This document shows positions 50,929-61,246 of a stretch of 64,000 bases of DNA, one piece after another. Made by a program: the position numbers and the translations under genes. The number at the start of each line of letters is the position of its first letter. The stretch's first letter is position 1. Below the pieces are notes generated by a model. It did not search any database. It worked only from the letters and a program-made list of their open reading frames with translations, and had not been told where the DNA came from. Source of the DNA: Nitrospiraceae bacterium (GTDB lineage: Bacteria > Nitrospirota > Nitrospiria > Nitrospirales > Nitrospiraceae); the NCBI GenBank assembly GCA_050246315.1, contig JBFWWG010000002.1:300811-364810 (forward strand), written 5' to 3'.

Positions 50929-51735
50929 ATGACCATTCTTCTTACTCGCTCGATCATCGCCGCGGTGGCCGCCGTCATCGTCGGCTTGACCCTGACCTCG
51001 TCGCCGTTCGCACAGAATGCAAAACCCACGGTGTCGCATTATGCCGGCCTGCGAGAGGATGCGCCGGTTCCTCGTCCGGGCCTGACGCCGAAAAAAGGGC
51101 GGGTGGCCGTCGTCGTCACCGACCCGCAGAACGATTTTCTCAACCCCAAGGGAGTGGCCTGGGGCGTCGTCGGACAGAGTGTGCAGGAAAACAAGACGGT
51201 CGAAAATATCGAGAGTCTCTTCAAGGCGGCTAAGGCCGCCGGTGTGCCGGTCTTTGTCAGCCCGCACTACTACTATGCGCACGACCATCAGTGGAAATTC
51301 GGCGGCGCGCTCGAAGTGCTCATGCACAACATCGGCATGTTCGATCGCAAAGGCGCCCTGACGCAGGAGGGCTTCGCCGGGTCCGGCGCCGATTGGCTTG
51401 ACCGGTACAAGCCGTATATCGAGGACGGTCGGACAGTGGTCGCGAGCCCGCACAAGGTGTTCGGGCCCGAGTCAAACGACCTCATCTTACAGTTGCGCAA
51501 AGCTGACATCAGCCAGGTGATCCTGGCCGGCATGTCCGCCAATCTCTGCACGGAGTCACATCTACGCGAACTGCTCGAGCAAGGGTTTGAAGTCGTGGTC
51601 GTCACCGATGCCACGGCCGCAGCCAAGCTGCCTGGATTCGACGGGTATGAAGCGGCCTTCGTGAACTTTCGCTTGATGGCCAGCGACGTGTGGAGCACGG
51701 CCCAGACGGTCAAAACCCTCACGAGTCTCAAGTAA
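50929..51735 (+). CDS. Exported isochorismatase-family cysteine hydrolase
   Basis: TDPQNDFL, SPHKVFG, AGMSANLCTESH. Confidence 0.9.
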   Translation: MTILLTRSIIAAVAAVIVGLTLTSSPFAQNAKPTVSHYAGLREDAPVPRPGLTPKKGRVAVVVTDPQNDFLNPKGVAWGVVGQSVQENKTVENIESLFKAAKAAGVPVFVSPHYYYAHDHQWKFGGALEVLMHNIGMFDRKGALTQEGFAGSGADWLDRYKPYIEDGRTVVASPHKVFGPESNDLILQLRKADISQVILAGMSANLCTESHLRELLEQGFEVVVVTDATAAAKLPGFDGYEAAFVNFRLMASDVWSTAQTVKTLTSLK

Positions 51736-51846
51736 TCCACTCAGACCTCCGGACGAGGCATCCGACCGTGGTGACAGAGACAAGACTGATGGCTCAGGTG
51801 ATCGTTTTGAGAGTTCTGTCCATTCGAACCGATGTGGGAGGAGAAC

Positions 51847-52638
51847 ATGCATACGTACGAAACTACTGCAATCGTGACAGGTGCGGGAAGCGGCATAGGC
51901 TTGGCCGTGGCGGAATCCTTTCTCCGCGAAGGCATGAACATCGTGCTCAACGGGCGCACCGAAGAGAAGCTTGTTCGTGCCGCGGCCGAGCTGGGTCAAC
52001 CCGATCGGCTTGCGATCGTCGCCGGCGACATCACCCGGCCAGGGACGGCCACCCGGGTTGTGGAAGCGGCGGTCCGCCGCTTCGGACAGCTCTCCGTGCT
52101 CGTGAACAACGCCGGCATCTTCTACACGAAACCTTTCACCGAATACGCCGTCGAAGAGCTTGACGGTTTTCTCGGGTACCTGCGGGGAACCTTTGTTCTG
52201 TCACAAGCGGCGGTTCGACAGATGCGTGGGCAAGGCCGCGGTGGGTCAATCGTCAACATCGGCACGATTCTCGCGTCGAACGGTGTGAACGGGATTCCTT
52301 CCAGCGCGCCCATTGCGGCCAAAGGGGGAATCATGGCGCTGACGAAGAATTTATCCGTTGAACTGGCGAGGGAAAACATTCGCATCAACGCAGTCGCGCC
52401 CGGAGTAGTTCCCACGCCCCTCTATGGTGACCTCACCGACGAGCAACTCGAAGCACTCCATGGAATGCAACCACTCGGTCGTTACGGGACGCCCAAGGAC
52501 ATTGCAGATGCCGTCCTGTACCTGGTCAAGGCGAGCTGGGTCACCGGAGTGATCCTCCCGGTGGATGGCGGAGTAGATGCCGGGGGCGATGGAGCCTACC
52601 ACGGAGTGAAGGAGAGCGCTGGGACAGTTGCGGCATGA
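51847..52638 (+). CDS. SDR family oxidoreductase
   Basis: TGAGSGIG, NNAG, IRINAVAPG; PxxxK replaces catalytic YxxxK. Confidence 0.9.
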   Translation: MHTYETTAIVTGAGSGIGLAVAESFLREGMNIVLNGRTEEKLVRAAAELGQPDRLAIVAGDITRPGTATRVVEAAVRRFGQLSVLVNNAGIFYTKPFTEYAVEELDGFLGYLRGTFVLSQAAVRQMRGQGRGGSIVNIGTILASNGVNGIPSSAPIAAKGGIMALTKNLSVELARENIRINAVAPGVVPTPLYGDLTDEQLEALHGMQPLGRYGTPKDIADAVLYLVKASWVTGVILPVDGGVDAGGDGAYHGVKESAGTVAA

Positions 52639-52721
52639 GCGTGGCCGAACGGCTCCGCATGAATACAATGCACAGTATCTTAAAGATCCATACCACCACT
52701 CACGGATGCGAAGGAGGAACT

Positions 52722-53096
52722 ATGAAAACGGCAATCGTCATACTCTCTGACCCCAAGAGCGGCGCCGAGGAGGCGCTTGGGCGGGTATTCAATGCGCTCG
52801 CCCTGGCTGCTGAATCCAAGCAGAAAGGCGACGAGGTCGCCGTGGTCTTCAACGGCCCGGGCACACGGTGGCCGGCGGAGCTCACCAAGCTGGGGCATCC
52901 GGCCAACGATCTCTATAACTCCGTACGCGATGTTGTGCAGGGCGCGTCGTGCGCCTGTGCCGAGGTGTTCGGGGCGACGGACAGCGTGCGGTCGTGTGGA
53001 GTCACGACCGTGAACGACAACGCCTTGCCGGGAACTTCAGGCCTCTTAAGCCTCAGGCGATACCTGGCCGAGGGATGGAGCCTGGTGATTCTTTGA
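52722..53096 (+). CDS. DsrE family protein
   Basis: LGRVFNAL, FNGPGTRW, ASCACAEVFG. Confidence 0.85.
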   Translation: MKTAIVILSDPKSGAEEALGRVFNALALAAESKQKGDEVAVVFNGPGTRWPAELTKLGHPANDLYNSVRDVVQGASCACAEVFGATDSVRSCGVTTVNDNALPGTSGLLSLRRYLAEGWSLVIL

Positions 53097-53165
53097 TCTG
53101 TCGAACAGGGGTGGTGGAAGACGGTCTGAAGCCGTCTTCCCGTCCCACGAGCGGAGGGCACGAAG

Positions 53166-53765
53166 ATGGCGGGGAAATATCTTCATGTGACGATGACCGA
53201 GTCGGTACGCCGGGCGCAGCAACGGTACTACGGGCGTGCGTTGACGATCATGGATGTTCCCGAGCGTGATCCGTTAGGCGAACCCGAGGCTCAATTCATT
53301 GTGGATCGTGACAGTTTCTATCTGGGATCGGTCAGCGAGACCGGTTGGCCGTATGTCCAGCACAGAGGTGGGCCGAGAGGCTTTCTGAAAGTCCTCGATC
53401 CCGCCACCCTGGCCTTTGCCGACTACCGGGGGAATCGCCAGCTCATCAGCACAGGGAATCTCCAGGCGGACGATCGGGTGGCCTTGTTTCTCATGGACTA
53501 CAAGAACCGGGAACGGTTGAAGATCCTCGGACATGCACGGGTCGAAGACGTTCGAGACCAGTCGGCTCTGGCGAAGCGGCTCGCGCAGGGAGAGGGACTG
53601 GGCAAGGCGGAACGGATCGTCATCATCGATGTCGTGTCCTATGACTGGAACTGCCCCAAGTACATCACTCCGCGCTACTCGCTCGAGGAGGTGGAGGAGC
53701 TTGTCGCAGGATTGAAGACACGCATCGCTGATCTGGAATCGGAGCTTCGAGCAGTTCACGCATAG
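53166..53765 (+). CDS. Pyridoxamine 5'-phosphate oxidase-like FMN-binding protein
   Basis: PYVQHRGGPRGFLKV, DYRGNRQ, DWNCPKYI. Confidence 0.9.
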   Translation: MAGKYLHVTMTESVRRAQQRYYGRALTIMDVPERDPLGEPEAQFIVDRDSFYLGSVSETGWPYVQHRGGPRGFLKVLDPATLAFADYRGNRQLISTGNLQADDRVALFLMDYKNRERLKILGHARVEDVRDQSALAKRLAQGEGLGKAERIVIIDVVSYDWNCPKYITPRYSLEEVEELVAGLKTRIADLESELRAVHA

Positions 53766-53823
53766 GAGAGTGTTGGAAGTGATCGGACTCATGCTGATTT
53801 GGCCATATAAGGAGGGACGACCC

Positions 53824-55065
53824 ATGCAGGATCTATCGCGTCGACGTTTTCTGCAACTCGCGGTCGCAACGGGCGGAGTGTTGGTGCTCGGGGATCTGGC
53901 GGACTGGCTCCAGTTCCCGCGGTCCGGACGTGTTGCCTACGCCTCCGAACCGATCAAGGTCGGGATCATGGATCCTCTTTCAAGTCCCTACAAAACCTCC
54001 TCGATCCACGACGTCCACGGCGCGACCGTGGCGGTGGATCGCTTCAACAAGGACGGCGGGGTACTGGGACGTCCGGTCGCCATCATCGAGGCTGATGATG
54101 CGTCCACGGTGGAGACCGCCGTGCAGGCGGCCCGCAAGCTCATCACGGACGATCGTGTGGACTTGCTCATGGGCACCTTCAACGGCGACGTGGCGTTGGC
54201 CGTCGCACAGGTGGCCAAGCAGGAGAACCGGCTCTTCATGGTGACCGGGGCACATGTGCCGGAGTTGACGGGTTTGGGGTGCAACTCGCATACGTTCGTG
54301 TTCATGCCGAGCGCCCGAATGTTGTCCAGGGCCGTTGCTCCCCACCTCGTGAAGGCCTACGGGAATCGCTGGTTCATGATCACGGCCGAGACAATGGACG
54401 GCCGGGCGGCAGAACAGGCCATGGCGGCCGCGCTCCAGGCCGAGGGTGGCAAAGTGCTCGGCTCGGTCAGCACGCCCTTCGGGACAACCGACTTCACAGC
54501 AGCGTTGGCTCAAGCCAAAACTGCGAAACCAGGCGCCGTGATCCTGAATCTCTACGGCTGGGATCTTGTTCATGCGCTGAAGGCCTATACAGCGGCGGGG
54601 TTGGCCAAGGAGCAGATCGGAGTGGGCGGGATGATCGGCGGCGAGCAAATCGGCCGTCCGCTTGGCTATGCCAACAACGCGGGGATCTGGGGATTGATCT
54701 GGGACCCGAAGATCAACAGCGAGAGCTCGCGGCGGTTCATTCAAGGCGTAATCGACAAGTACAACCATACCCCCACCTCACGCTGCTATCACGGCTATGC
54801 TGCGATGACACAGATTCCGGAGGCGGTTCAACGGGCCGGCACGACCGAGACGCAAGCGGTCATCAAGGCGCTGGAGGGACATGAATTCGACGGGCTGAAA
54901 GAGGGCCGGTCCTATTTTCGCGCCAGGGATCACCAGCATGTGCAGGACGTGCTGGTAGGGAAAGCCTACGGCAAGGAACTGGGCTTGGGCCATTACCACC
55001 TGCTGGCCACAGTTCCAGGTGACGCCGTCGCCGGTCGTCAGGACGAGTCGACTTGCACGCTCTAG
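53824..55065 (+). CDS. Tat-exported ABC substrate-binding protein (LivJ-like)
   Basis: SRRRFLQ signal; IKVG, GGVLGRPV, GTTDF. Confidence 0.88.
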   Translation: MQDLSRRRFLQLAVATGGVLVLGDLADWLQFPRSGRVAYASEPIKVGIMDPLSSPYKTSSIHDVHGATVAVDRFNKDGGVLGRPVAIIEADDASTVETAVQAARKLITDDRVDLLMGTFNGDVALAVAQVAKQENRLFMVTGAHVPELTGLGCNSHTFVFMPSARMLSRAVAPHLVKAYGNRWFMITAETMDGRAAEQAMAAALQAEGGKVLGSVSTPFGTTDFTAALAQAKTAKPGAVILNLYGWDLVHALKAYTAAGLAKEQIGVGGMIGGEQIGRPLGYANNAGIWGLIWDPKINSESSRRFIQGVIDKYNHTPTSRCYHGYAAMTQIPEAVQRAGTTETQAVIKALEGHEFDGLKEGRSYFRARDHQHVQDVLVGKAYGKELGLGHYHLLATVPGDAVAGRQDESTCTL

Positions 55066-55074
55066 GAGCACGTC

Positions 55075-55554
55075 ATGTCAACGATCCCGAATAGGCGTCC
55101 CCCTGTTCCACCCTTTACCGAGGAGACCGCAATCCGGAAAGTGCGGATGGCAGAGGACGCCTGGAACAACCGCAATCCTGATATCATCGCACTGGCTTAC
55201 AGCGTCGACAGCCTGTGGCGGAATCGCAACGAGTTCCTGTCCGGCCGTGAGGCGATCGTGGCATTTCTCCGGCGCAAATGGGCCAAGGAGCTGGACTACA
55301 GGCTGATTAAGGAACTGTGGGCGTTCCATGAGACGCGCATCGCCGTGCGTTTTGCCTATGAGTGGCACGACGATTCCGGAAACTGGTTCCGGTCCTACGG
55401 GAACGAGAACTGGGAGTTCGACGGAAATGGCCTCATGCACCGGCGCCTCGCAAGCATCAACGATCTTCCCATTAAAGAGGAGGAACGCCAATACCGCTGG
55501 CGGCTTGGCCCTCGCCCCGAGGGCCATCCTTCCCTGTCCGATCTCGGCCTGTGA
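55075..55554 (+). CDS. DUF1348 NTF2-like protein
   Basis: [37 protein letters not shown]. Confidence 0.92.
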   Translation: MSTIPNRRPPVPPFTEETAIRKVRMAEDAWNNRNPDIIALAYSVDSLWRNRNEFLSGREAIVAFLRRKWAKELDYRLIKELWAFHETRIAVRFAYEWHDDSGNWFRSYGNENWEFDGNGLMHRRLASINDLPIKEEERQYRWRLGPRPEGHPSLSDLGL

Positions 55555-55714
55555 AGGACGGCGTGAGTGAGACAGGCAAATGTCGGCGAATGTCCGCTAT
55601 GGCAGTCAATCGAGATGGGATCAATGCATCGCGACTATCTCGCATTCCGGCAACCATGGGGAGCGGTCACGGGAAGAGGCTCTGTGACCATGTTGTCCTG
55701 GGAGAGCCACAATT

Positions 55715-55730
55715 TGTAAGCTACCTCACA
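55715..55730. promoter_or_regulatory. Crp-type box
   Basis: TGTAA-gctacc-TCACA upstream of the Crp gene. Confidence 0.55.
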
Positions 55731-56169
55731 GATTTTCCTTATGCATATCGGGTAACAGCACAAATTGCGCTGGTGTCTTCGAAGGGCCGCGCGTCACATG
55801 TGTCGAGATGCAGCCGAAGACGCATCCCAGTCGTCGGCGTCAGGTATCGTTCGGTTGTGAACGTTCCAAACCGTGGCCGGTACGATGGCCTGAGTACTAG
55901 TTGATGACGCTCTTCACATCATCCAGCGGATGGCAGCAGCCGACCCAGGAAAGAGCGATGAGACGCAATTGCCATTGAGTGGCGATGCAGTTGCAAGCTG
56001 TTACCGCTTTCTTGCTAGCGAGAGCTGCCGGATGTCATGATGACGTGCAGGCATTCCATCTGCACGAAGCACCTCGGACTACCTGGGTCCGGAGGCCGAC
56101 TTGGCGGTGCCTGTTGCATTGTTCGAGGTGCGCGATTAGTCTGTAGCACGTTAACCGTGAGCTGACCTG

Positions 56170-56874
56170 ATGGAACGCGTACAGTCTGCCGCCACCAACA
56201 AGCTCTGGTTCCTCAAGCACATTCGCTTGTTTGACGGGATCTCTCCGTCTGAAATGCAGGAGATGGAGAAAATTACCCGAATGGAAGAGGTCAAGAAACG
56301 GCAGCCCCTGTACCTTCCGGGCGATCCGAGCAGCAACGTCTATCTCCTCAAGAAGGGCCGCGTCAAAATCGCCAACACGGCGCCCAGCGGGAAAGAGGTC
56401 ACCTTCGACATTTTAGAGCCGGGAGAAGTGTTCGGAGAACTTGAGGTGCTGGAGGACGCTCCCCGCTCGACATCGGCCGAGGCCCTTGATGACGCGCTGA
56501 TTTGTGTGATTCCCCGGAAGGATTTCGATCAGTACCTGGCCATGCATCCGAACGTGACGGTCAAGTTGACCAAGCTCATCGGGTTGCGGCTCAAGAAAAT
56601 CCAGAGCCGCATCGAAGATCTGGTCTTCCGTGATGTGCCGGCCCGCCTGGCCCATCTGCTCTCGGAGTTGAGCAAATCCGATGGGGTCGCAGAAAAGCAG
56701 GGTGTTCGACTGAAAGTGAAGTTGACCCATCAGGAAATGGCCAACTTGATCGGTTGCAGCCGCGAGACCGTGAGCGCCACCATGGGCCAGTTCCGGGACC
56801 AAGGCCTCATCCAGATGGATGGCCGCACAATCACCATTCTGAAGCCGGATGGGCTCTTACGCCTGATGTCATAA
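56170..56874 (+). CDS. Crp/Fnr family regulator
   Basis: GEVFGEL, PRSTSAEA, HTH LTHQEMANLIGCSRETVS. Confidence 0.93.
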   Translation: MERVQSAATNKLWFLKHIRLFDGISPSEMQEMEKITRMEEVKKRQPLYLPGDPSSNVYLLKKGRVKIANTAPSGKEVTFDILEPGEVFGELEVLEDAPRSTSAEALDDALICVIPRKDFDQYLAMHPNVTVKLTKLIGLRLKKIQSRIEDLVFRDVPARLAHLLSELSKSDGVAEKQGVRLKVKLTHQEMANLIGCSRETVSATMGQFRDQGLIQMDGRTITILKPDGLLRLMS

Positions 56875-56960
56875 GAACTCTCCTATTTAATCCTGCACAC
56901 CGGCCGCTTCGCGCCATATATTGACGGTTCCCTCCATATTTACAGTAGGTTCAGCCGGGC

Positions 56961-57719
56961 TCATGGCAGTGGGCCGCCGCATGAAGCGCATCGAGAATCG
57001 ACGATCGCATTGGGGGTGGAGCGAGGAGCGGCGACCGGCATGTCGCCCCGCAGTAGACGGACCCAGCGTGCGGTGGGGTAGCGAACCACCAACTTCGGGA
57101 CGAGGAGGAGCAGGGCTACCATAATCAATCCGAGCACGATCAAGAACCACTCCCCCGAGACGACTTGGCTGCCTGCATAGGTCAGTGCGAGCGTAGGAAC
57201 AATCATCCCCAACAGAGTCGCGGCGGCGAACACGCGAAGCGACATGTTCGTGAGGCCCGCTCCGTAACTCACGAGATCGAATGAAAAGACCGGGAGCAAC
57301 CGCGCGAGGAAAACGAAGATGGCCAAGTGCCGGTCCGAACATCGCTCGCAAAAGCTGATCTCCGTCCGGAAGATCCGAGTCACGACTTCCCGTCCCAGGG
57401 CTCTGCCGATGAGAAAACTGAAAATTGCACCAAGTTCCGCGCCGGCGACAGCATAGGCAGTCCCTAAGGTCACGCCGAAAGTGGCGCCCGCTGCCAGATC
57501 CAAGGGCAGACTGGGAATGGGAGTGATGACCACAGCCGCCGCCATGAGTGCCATGAACAGGATCGGCCCGAAGGGACCAGCCGCACGGAGTTGATCGGCG
57601 ATCCTGTCCGGCTTGAGCAACTCCCCTACATCCAGCCAGTATACAGCTCCATAGCCCGCCACTAGTACGACGAGAAGCGCGCCGACCTTCAGCCAACGTG
57701 TTCTTGTGGTCATCGCCAT
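56961..57719 (-). CDS. TVP38/TMEM64 membrane protein with CxxC motifs
   Basis: PIPSLP, FCERC, RLLPVFSFDLVSYGAGL, C-terminal CASC. Confidence 0.88.
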   Translation of the reverse strand: MAMTTRTRWLKVGALLVVLVAGYGAVYWLDVGELLKPDRIADQLRAAGPFGPILFMALMAAAVVITPIPSLPLDLAAGATFGVTLGTAYAVAGAELGAIFSFLIGRALGREVVTRIFRTEISFCERCSDRHLAIFVFLARLLPVFSFDLVSYGAGLTNMSLRVFAAATLLGMIVPTLALTYAGSQVVSGEWFLIVLGLIMVALLLLVPKLVVRYPTARWVRLLRGDMPVAAPRSTPNAIVDSRCASCGGPLP

Positions 57720-57732
57720 ATCTCCCGTCCGG

Positions 57733-58464
57733 TCAAAATAACCGAGGTGTAAAGAATGACACGCCGACATACGGCAGGACTCCGTTGATTCCAGTATTTC
57801 TATCGCCAAGATTCGAATTGGAAATATGATGGAGTCGCACGCCCATCGTCCAGGTTATCCGGTCCGTCACGAAATACTGCACCCCGGGGCCGGTTTCCAA
57901 GACGAATTCGAACTGTGTGCTTTGTTCCGGAATCCGCGGCGCCAGATTGGTCCAGATCATGCCGGCGCCAGCGTCCCAGAAGGGGACCCATCGGCCGAAC
58001 GACAGAAAGTTGTACTTCAGAATGAAGGATCCTCCGGCAGCCTCGGCCGCGAAGGGTTGGACAAATCGGGCGAACACTGGTTCTACTAACAGCTCGACAT
58101 TGCCTTGCCACCAACTGTTCCCCAGCGGATCGGTGAGCACCATCCCGACGCGCGGCATCACGAAGACCGCGCTCCGGTTGGAGGAGGAGCCGTTCCCGAT
58201 CGCCGTCGTGCCCTGGGCGTATCCCACAGCCCCTCCGAGTTCCATAGTCCCCCGGGGCATGACATCGCGGACCTCAAATGAGGACTGCGCAGACGCGACA
58301 CTGCCACTGGCCCAGAGCATCACAATGGTGAGCACCGATGCTGAGAAGAGTGGGCCGATGTGATGCCAACGTTGACCTATCAGCCTTTTCGGAGTCCCCT
58401 GTCCTGCCGCAGTGTGACTCCGGCATTCCCGCCTGTTCCCCGTTCGCATGATCCCGCATTGCAC
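57733..58464 (-). CDS. PagL-like lipid A deacylase / acyloxyacyl hydrolase beta-barrel
   Basis: STQFEF, RLHHISNSNL, NTGIN; start uncertain. Confidence 0.8.
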   Translation of the reverse strand: MQCGIMRTGNRRECRSHTAAGQGTPKRLIGQRWHHIGPLFSASVLTIVMLWASGSVASAQSSFEVRDVMPRGTMELGGAVGYAQGTTAIGNGSSSNRSAVFVMPRVGMVLTDPLGNSWWQGNVELLVEPVFARFVQPFAAEAAGGSFILKYNFLSFGRWVPFWDAGAGMIWTNLAPRIPEQSTQFEFVLETGPGVQYFVTDRITWTMGVRLHHISNSNLGDRNTGINGVLPYVGVSFFTPRLF

Positions 58465-58491
58465 CCTTTCTATCCATCACTGGATGATTGC

Positions 58492-58534
58492 ATGGTACGG
58501 CAGGCTTGAAGGCGCGTCTGTGACATGCCTTACA
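58492..58534 (-). promoter_or_regulatory. Crp-type class II promoter
   Basis: TGTGA-catgcc-TTACA (58519); minus-strand TACCAT at 58497-58492. Confidence 0.7.
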
Positions 58535-58642
58535 AGCGACGGGAAATATGTTCGAGGAAGCAGCCGAGAGAGTGGGCTCTTGGGATGTTGGACAATCAGA
58601 GGAGTTGACGGATGATCTTGCGTGTCTCCTGCCCCTTGCCGG

Positions 58643-59182
58643 TCACCGATCCAGTACGCCGACCTGTGTGTTGCTCGGCACACAAGGCGCGGCATAGCCC
58701 ATGGCGTGCAGGACTGTCGGAAACACGCGACAGACGGCAATGGCCATGGACAGTTCGACCAGTCCAACTTCGCCGTACCGACGCAGGATGGCCTCGCGCC
58801 ATTCATCTTCTGCGCCATTTCCAGTAGTCACGGCTTCGGCAAAGAAGAATACTTCCGCCAGGTCCGGGGAGAGCGAACAGGGGTTTTCATCGAGGATCGA
58901 ATTAAGAGCGGCCGCGCTGACCCCTGCTTGTTTCGCGAGGTGCACCTCCATCTGGAGACACGTTCCGCAGTCTTCATGCGAAGCCGTCACAATTCGCGCA
59001 ATGTGATAAGCCTCAGGAGGAAGGGCGCGGCGAAATCCTGCTAGGGGCATCATCTTCATGAACTTCAGAAGGTGCGGAGGCGACACCCGAAGAATGTGGT
59101 GTAGGTAGGCGAGCGAGACCCCCTGTTCATATTCGACCGCACGTAGTCGCTTCTCGATGAACCAGCGGATCACCGGTATCAT
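58643..59182 (-). CDS. AhpD-like protein
   Basis: HEDCGTCLQM, RYGEVGLVEL, RVFPT. Confidence 0.75.
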   Translation of the reverse strand: MIPVIRWFIEKRLRAVEYEQGVSLAYLHHILRVSPPHLLKFMKMMPLAGFRRALPPEAYHIARIVTASHEDCGTCLQMEVHLAKQAGVSAAALNSILDENPCSLSPDLAEVFFFAEAVTTGNGAEDEWREAILRRYGEVGLVELSMAIAVCRVFPTVLHAMGYAAPCVPSNTQVGVLDR

Positions 59183-60207
59183 GGGGATCTCCGTTCCGAA
59201 TTCTTGAACACCAGAGTGTCCGGATGAAACGCGTACCAAGCGAACCAGAAGGCCATGATTGAGGGTAGCGGCTTGCCGTCGGCATCGAGGACTGAGGCGC
59301 TACGGGATTGCCGATTGAATCGTATCGTAATGGACCGGCCACCGACCTGGTCGATGATGGGAGGGCGGGTATTCTTCAGCTCTGAAAAGGGATAGGCCTT
59401 GGTGACACCGTTGATCTCCACCCCCACGATCCATTCCTTGGGATGGTAGCTTGGATCGAAGTGCGTCGTGTCGAACATCAGGTCTCGACGCTCGGCATAG
59501 CCCAGGTACGGATCGTGGTCGTAGTTCCGGAATGATCCGGTCTTTGTGGAGAGGACGAGCGTGGCGGGGTGGGCGGCGCGCCATTCTGCCCAGGTCGTAT
59601 GTTCGAGGAAGATAGGCGTGAGCTTTTCCCCGGTCAAAGGCCCTGCCACCGCGTGCATGCCGACTTGTGACCAGAGGCTTTCGGTCTGGCGGTCGTACAT
59701 GAGGAGGTCACTCTGATAGAGCAGGCCAGACACACCGAATGTGTGTCGTCGCCCTTGTACGATAGCTTCGAACGCGATGCCGGTTCCGCACAAGGGACAA
59801 TAGGTCACGACAATCGGTTTCCCTCCCACCGAGTCGTTCACAATTTCATGCCAATTCAGAATCTTGATCGGGTAGGCCTTGGCATCGTGCCCGAGCGTGA
59901 GACCCAGCACGCGATCTCCATCGGACAGAAACGTCGCCTCCGCGGCCGGGACGAATTGCGGCTGAAGAATCGCGGGGATCCCGTCCTTGCCGGGACCTCC
60001 GTCAACGATCTGATCGAGCGGCACGCTGTGGCGGGTCAGGTCGAATGTCGTCGTCGGAGTTTTCCCAAGTCCGAGCCAGGCCGAAAGTATCAGGATCGCG
60101 CCGATTGCAATGAACAAGCTCCACCGCCATTGCGGAGAACTGATGCGCTGACGGAACGTATTGCGAGGAACCGCGGCAGGAAAGAGATCTGGCTGCAGAG
60201 CGCTCAT
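59179..60207 (-). CDS. DUF3179 protein
   Basis: GGPGKDGIPAI, WHEIVND, TYCPLCGTG, FGVSGLLY, YDRQTESLWSQ, FWFAWYAFHP. Confidence 0.9.
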   Translation of the reverse strand: MSALQPDLFPAAVPRNTFRQRISSPQWRWSLFIAIGAILILSAWLGLGKTPTTTFDLTRHSVPLDQIVDGGPGKDGIPAILQPQFVPAAEATFLSDGDRVLGLTLGHDAKAYPIKILNWHEIVNDSVGGKPIVVTYCPLCGTGIAFEAIVQGRRHTFGVSGLLYQSDLLMYDRQTESLWSQVGMHAVAGPLTGEKLTPIFLEHTTWAEWRAAHPATLVLSTKTGSFRNYDHDPYLGYAERRDLMFDTTHFDPSYHPKEWIVGVEINGVTKAYPFSELKNTRPPIIDQVGGRSITIRFNRQSRSASVLDADGKPLPSIMAFWFAWYAFHPDTLVFKNSERRSP

Positions 60208-60833
60208 CAGATGAACCAGTAGATGCCCGCAACACACGACAGCAGGACGAGCAAGATGATCATGCTCCCGATCCCACAGGCCGCACAGTGGTGCTCTTCT
60301 CGTGAGAGCGCGAACTGGCTTGCTCGCGTCGCTTCGTAACTCTGATATTCTTCGCGCAAACAACTGTTCACGAATCTGACGGTATCCGGAACAAAGGCCG
60401 GCATGATTCCCGACAGGTATCGATCAAAGGCCTTGAAGAAGCGAATGGTCGACAAGATCTTGTCGTACGTCGCCTGGTCGAGCGCGCCCAGACGGAACGC
60501 GTGGGGCAATGCCGCGATGAAATAGGTTCCGGCCTCGTTCGTCGTGATGGCTAAGGCGATGATAAGCTTGGTTCTCCGATCCAGACGTTCGAGGTTCACT
60601 TCTTCCTTGAACAGTTCCCAGGCCGTTTCCAGATACGCCGGTCGATTGCGCATACCATCAAACAAATCGGGCACGAACGAGATGTCGAATGTCCGGGTGA
60701 TATCCAGAAATACGGCCTGAACGGTGGTAGAGCGGGTGAGCTCGGCATCAGTCATCGAGGCTTCATCGCCTTCTGCGAACAGGTTTGTGGCCCGTACTGT
60801 CCTAGTCGGGACAACAGAAGACTGTGCCTTCAT
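60207..60833 (-). CDS. Hypothetical protein with AhpD/DehI-like N-terminus and C-terminal TM
   Basis: VFLDITRTFDISFVPDLF, LDRRTKLIIALAI; no CxxC in the core. Confidence 0.55.
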   Translation of the reverse strand: MKAQSSVVPTRTVRATNLFAEGDEASMTDAELTRSTTVQAVFLDITRTFDISFVPDLFDGMRNRPAYLETAWELFKEEVNLERLDRRTKLIIALAITTNEAGTYFIAALPHAFRLGALDQATYDKILSTIRFFKAFDRYLSGIMPAFVPDTVRFVNSCLREEYQSYEATRASQFALSREEHHCAACGIGSMIILLVLLSCVAGIYWFI

Positions 60834-61084
60834 CGTTCCCCCTTCTCCCAGGCACGCAATTTGGCCACAAGCCAGTCCTTCTTCGGAATACCGGTGGTGA
60901 GGATGCGTCCGTCTAGCAAGAAAGCTGGAAAGACCACCACCCCAGACAGGTCCGTGTCACCCGATGTCGCGGTTCGGACGTTGATGTCCCAATTCGGGAG
61001 TGCACTCTGGATCTCCTGCGCCAGGGTTCGAGCTGAGAGCTCGGACAGGCATCCCCCATGCACGAGAATATCAAGTCGGGCCAT
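60830..61084 (-). CDS. Small thioredoxin-fold protein
   Basis: VHGGCLS, VVVFPAFLLDGR..TGIP. Confidence 0.65.
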   Translation of the reverse strand: MARLDILVHGGCLSELSARTLAQEIQSALPNWDINVRTATSGDTDLSGVVVFPAFLLDGRILTTGIPKKDWLVAKLRAWEKGER

Positions 61085-61090
61085 ACCGGC

Positions 61091-61133
61091 ATTCTAGAGG
61101 GATCGCCCATAGCAATCTGTGAGGGGGCTTACA
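61091..61133 (-). promoter_or_regulatory. Crp-type class II promoter, predicted leaderless transcript
   Basis: TGTGA-gggggc-TTACA (61118); minus-strand TAGAAT at 61096-61091; ATG 6 nt downstream, no SD. Confidence 0.7.
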
Positions 61134-61246
61134 GTTGTACAGTAAACGATGTCTCGGGGAGCGAGACGGAACTCGAACCACGAAGCCTGTGCCAGGTCAT
61201 CTCCGGGCGCACTCTCCTTACCCTGGGATGAGTTCGGCGGTCCAGG

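Noticed and set aside
55555..56169. Possible gene or ncRNA in the gap before the Crp gene
   Set aside because: No recognisable ORF or structure beyond one Crp-type box
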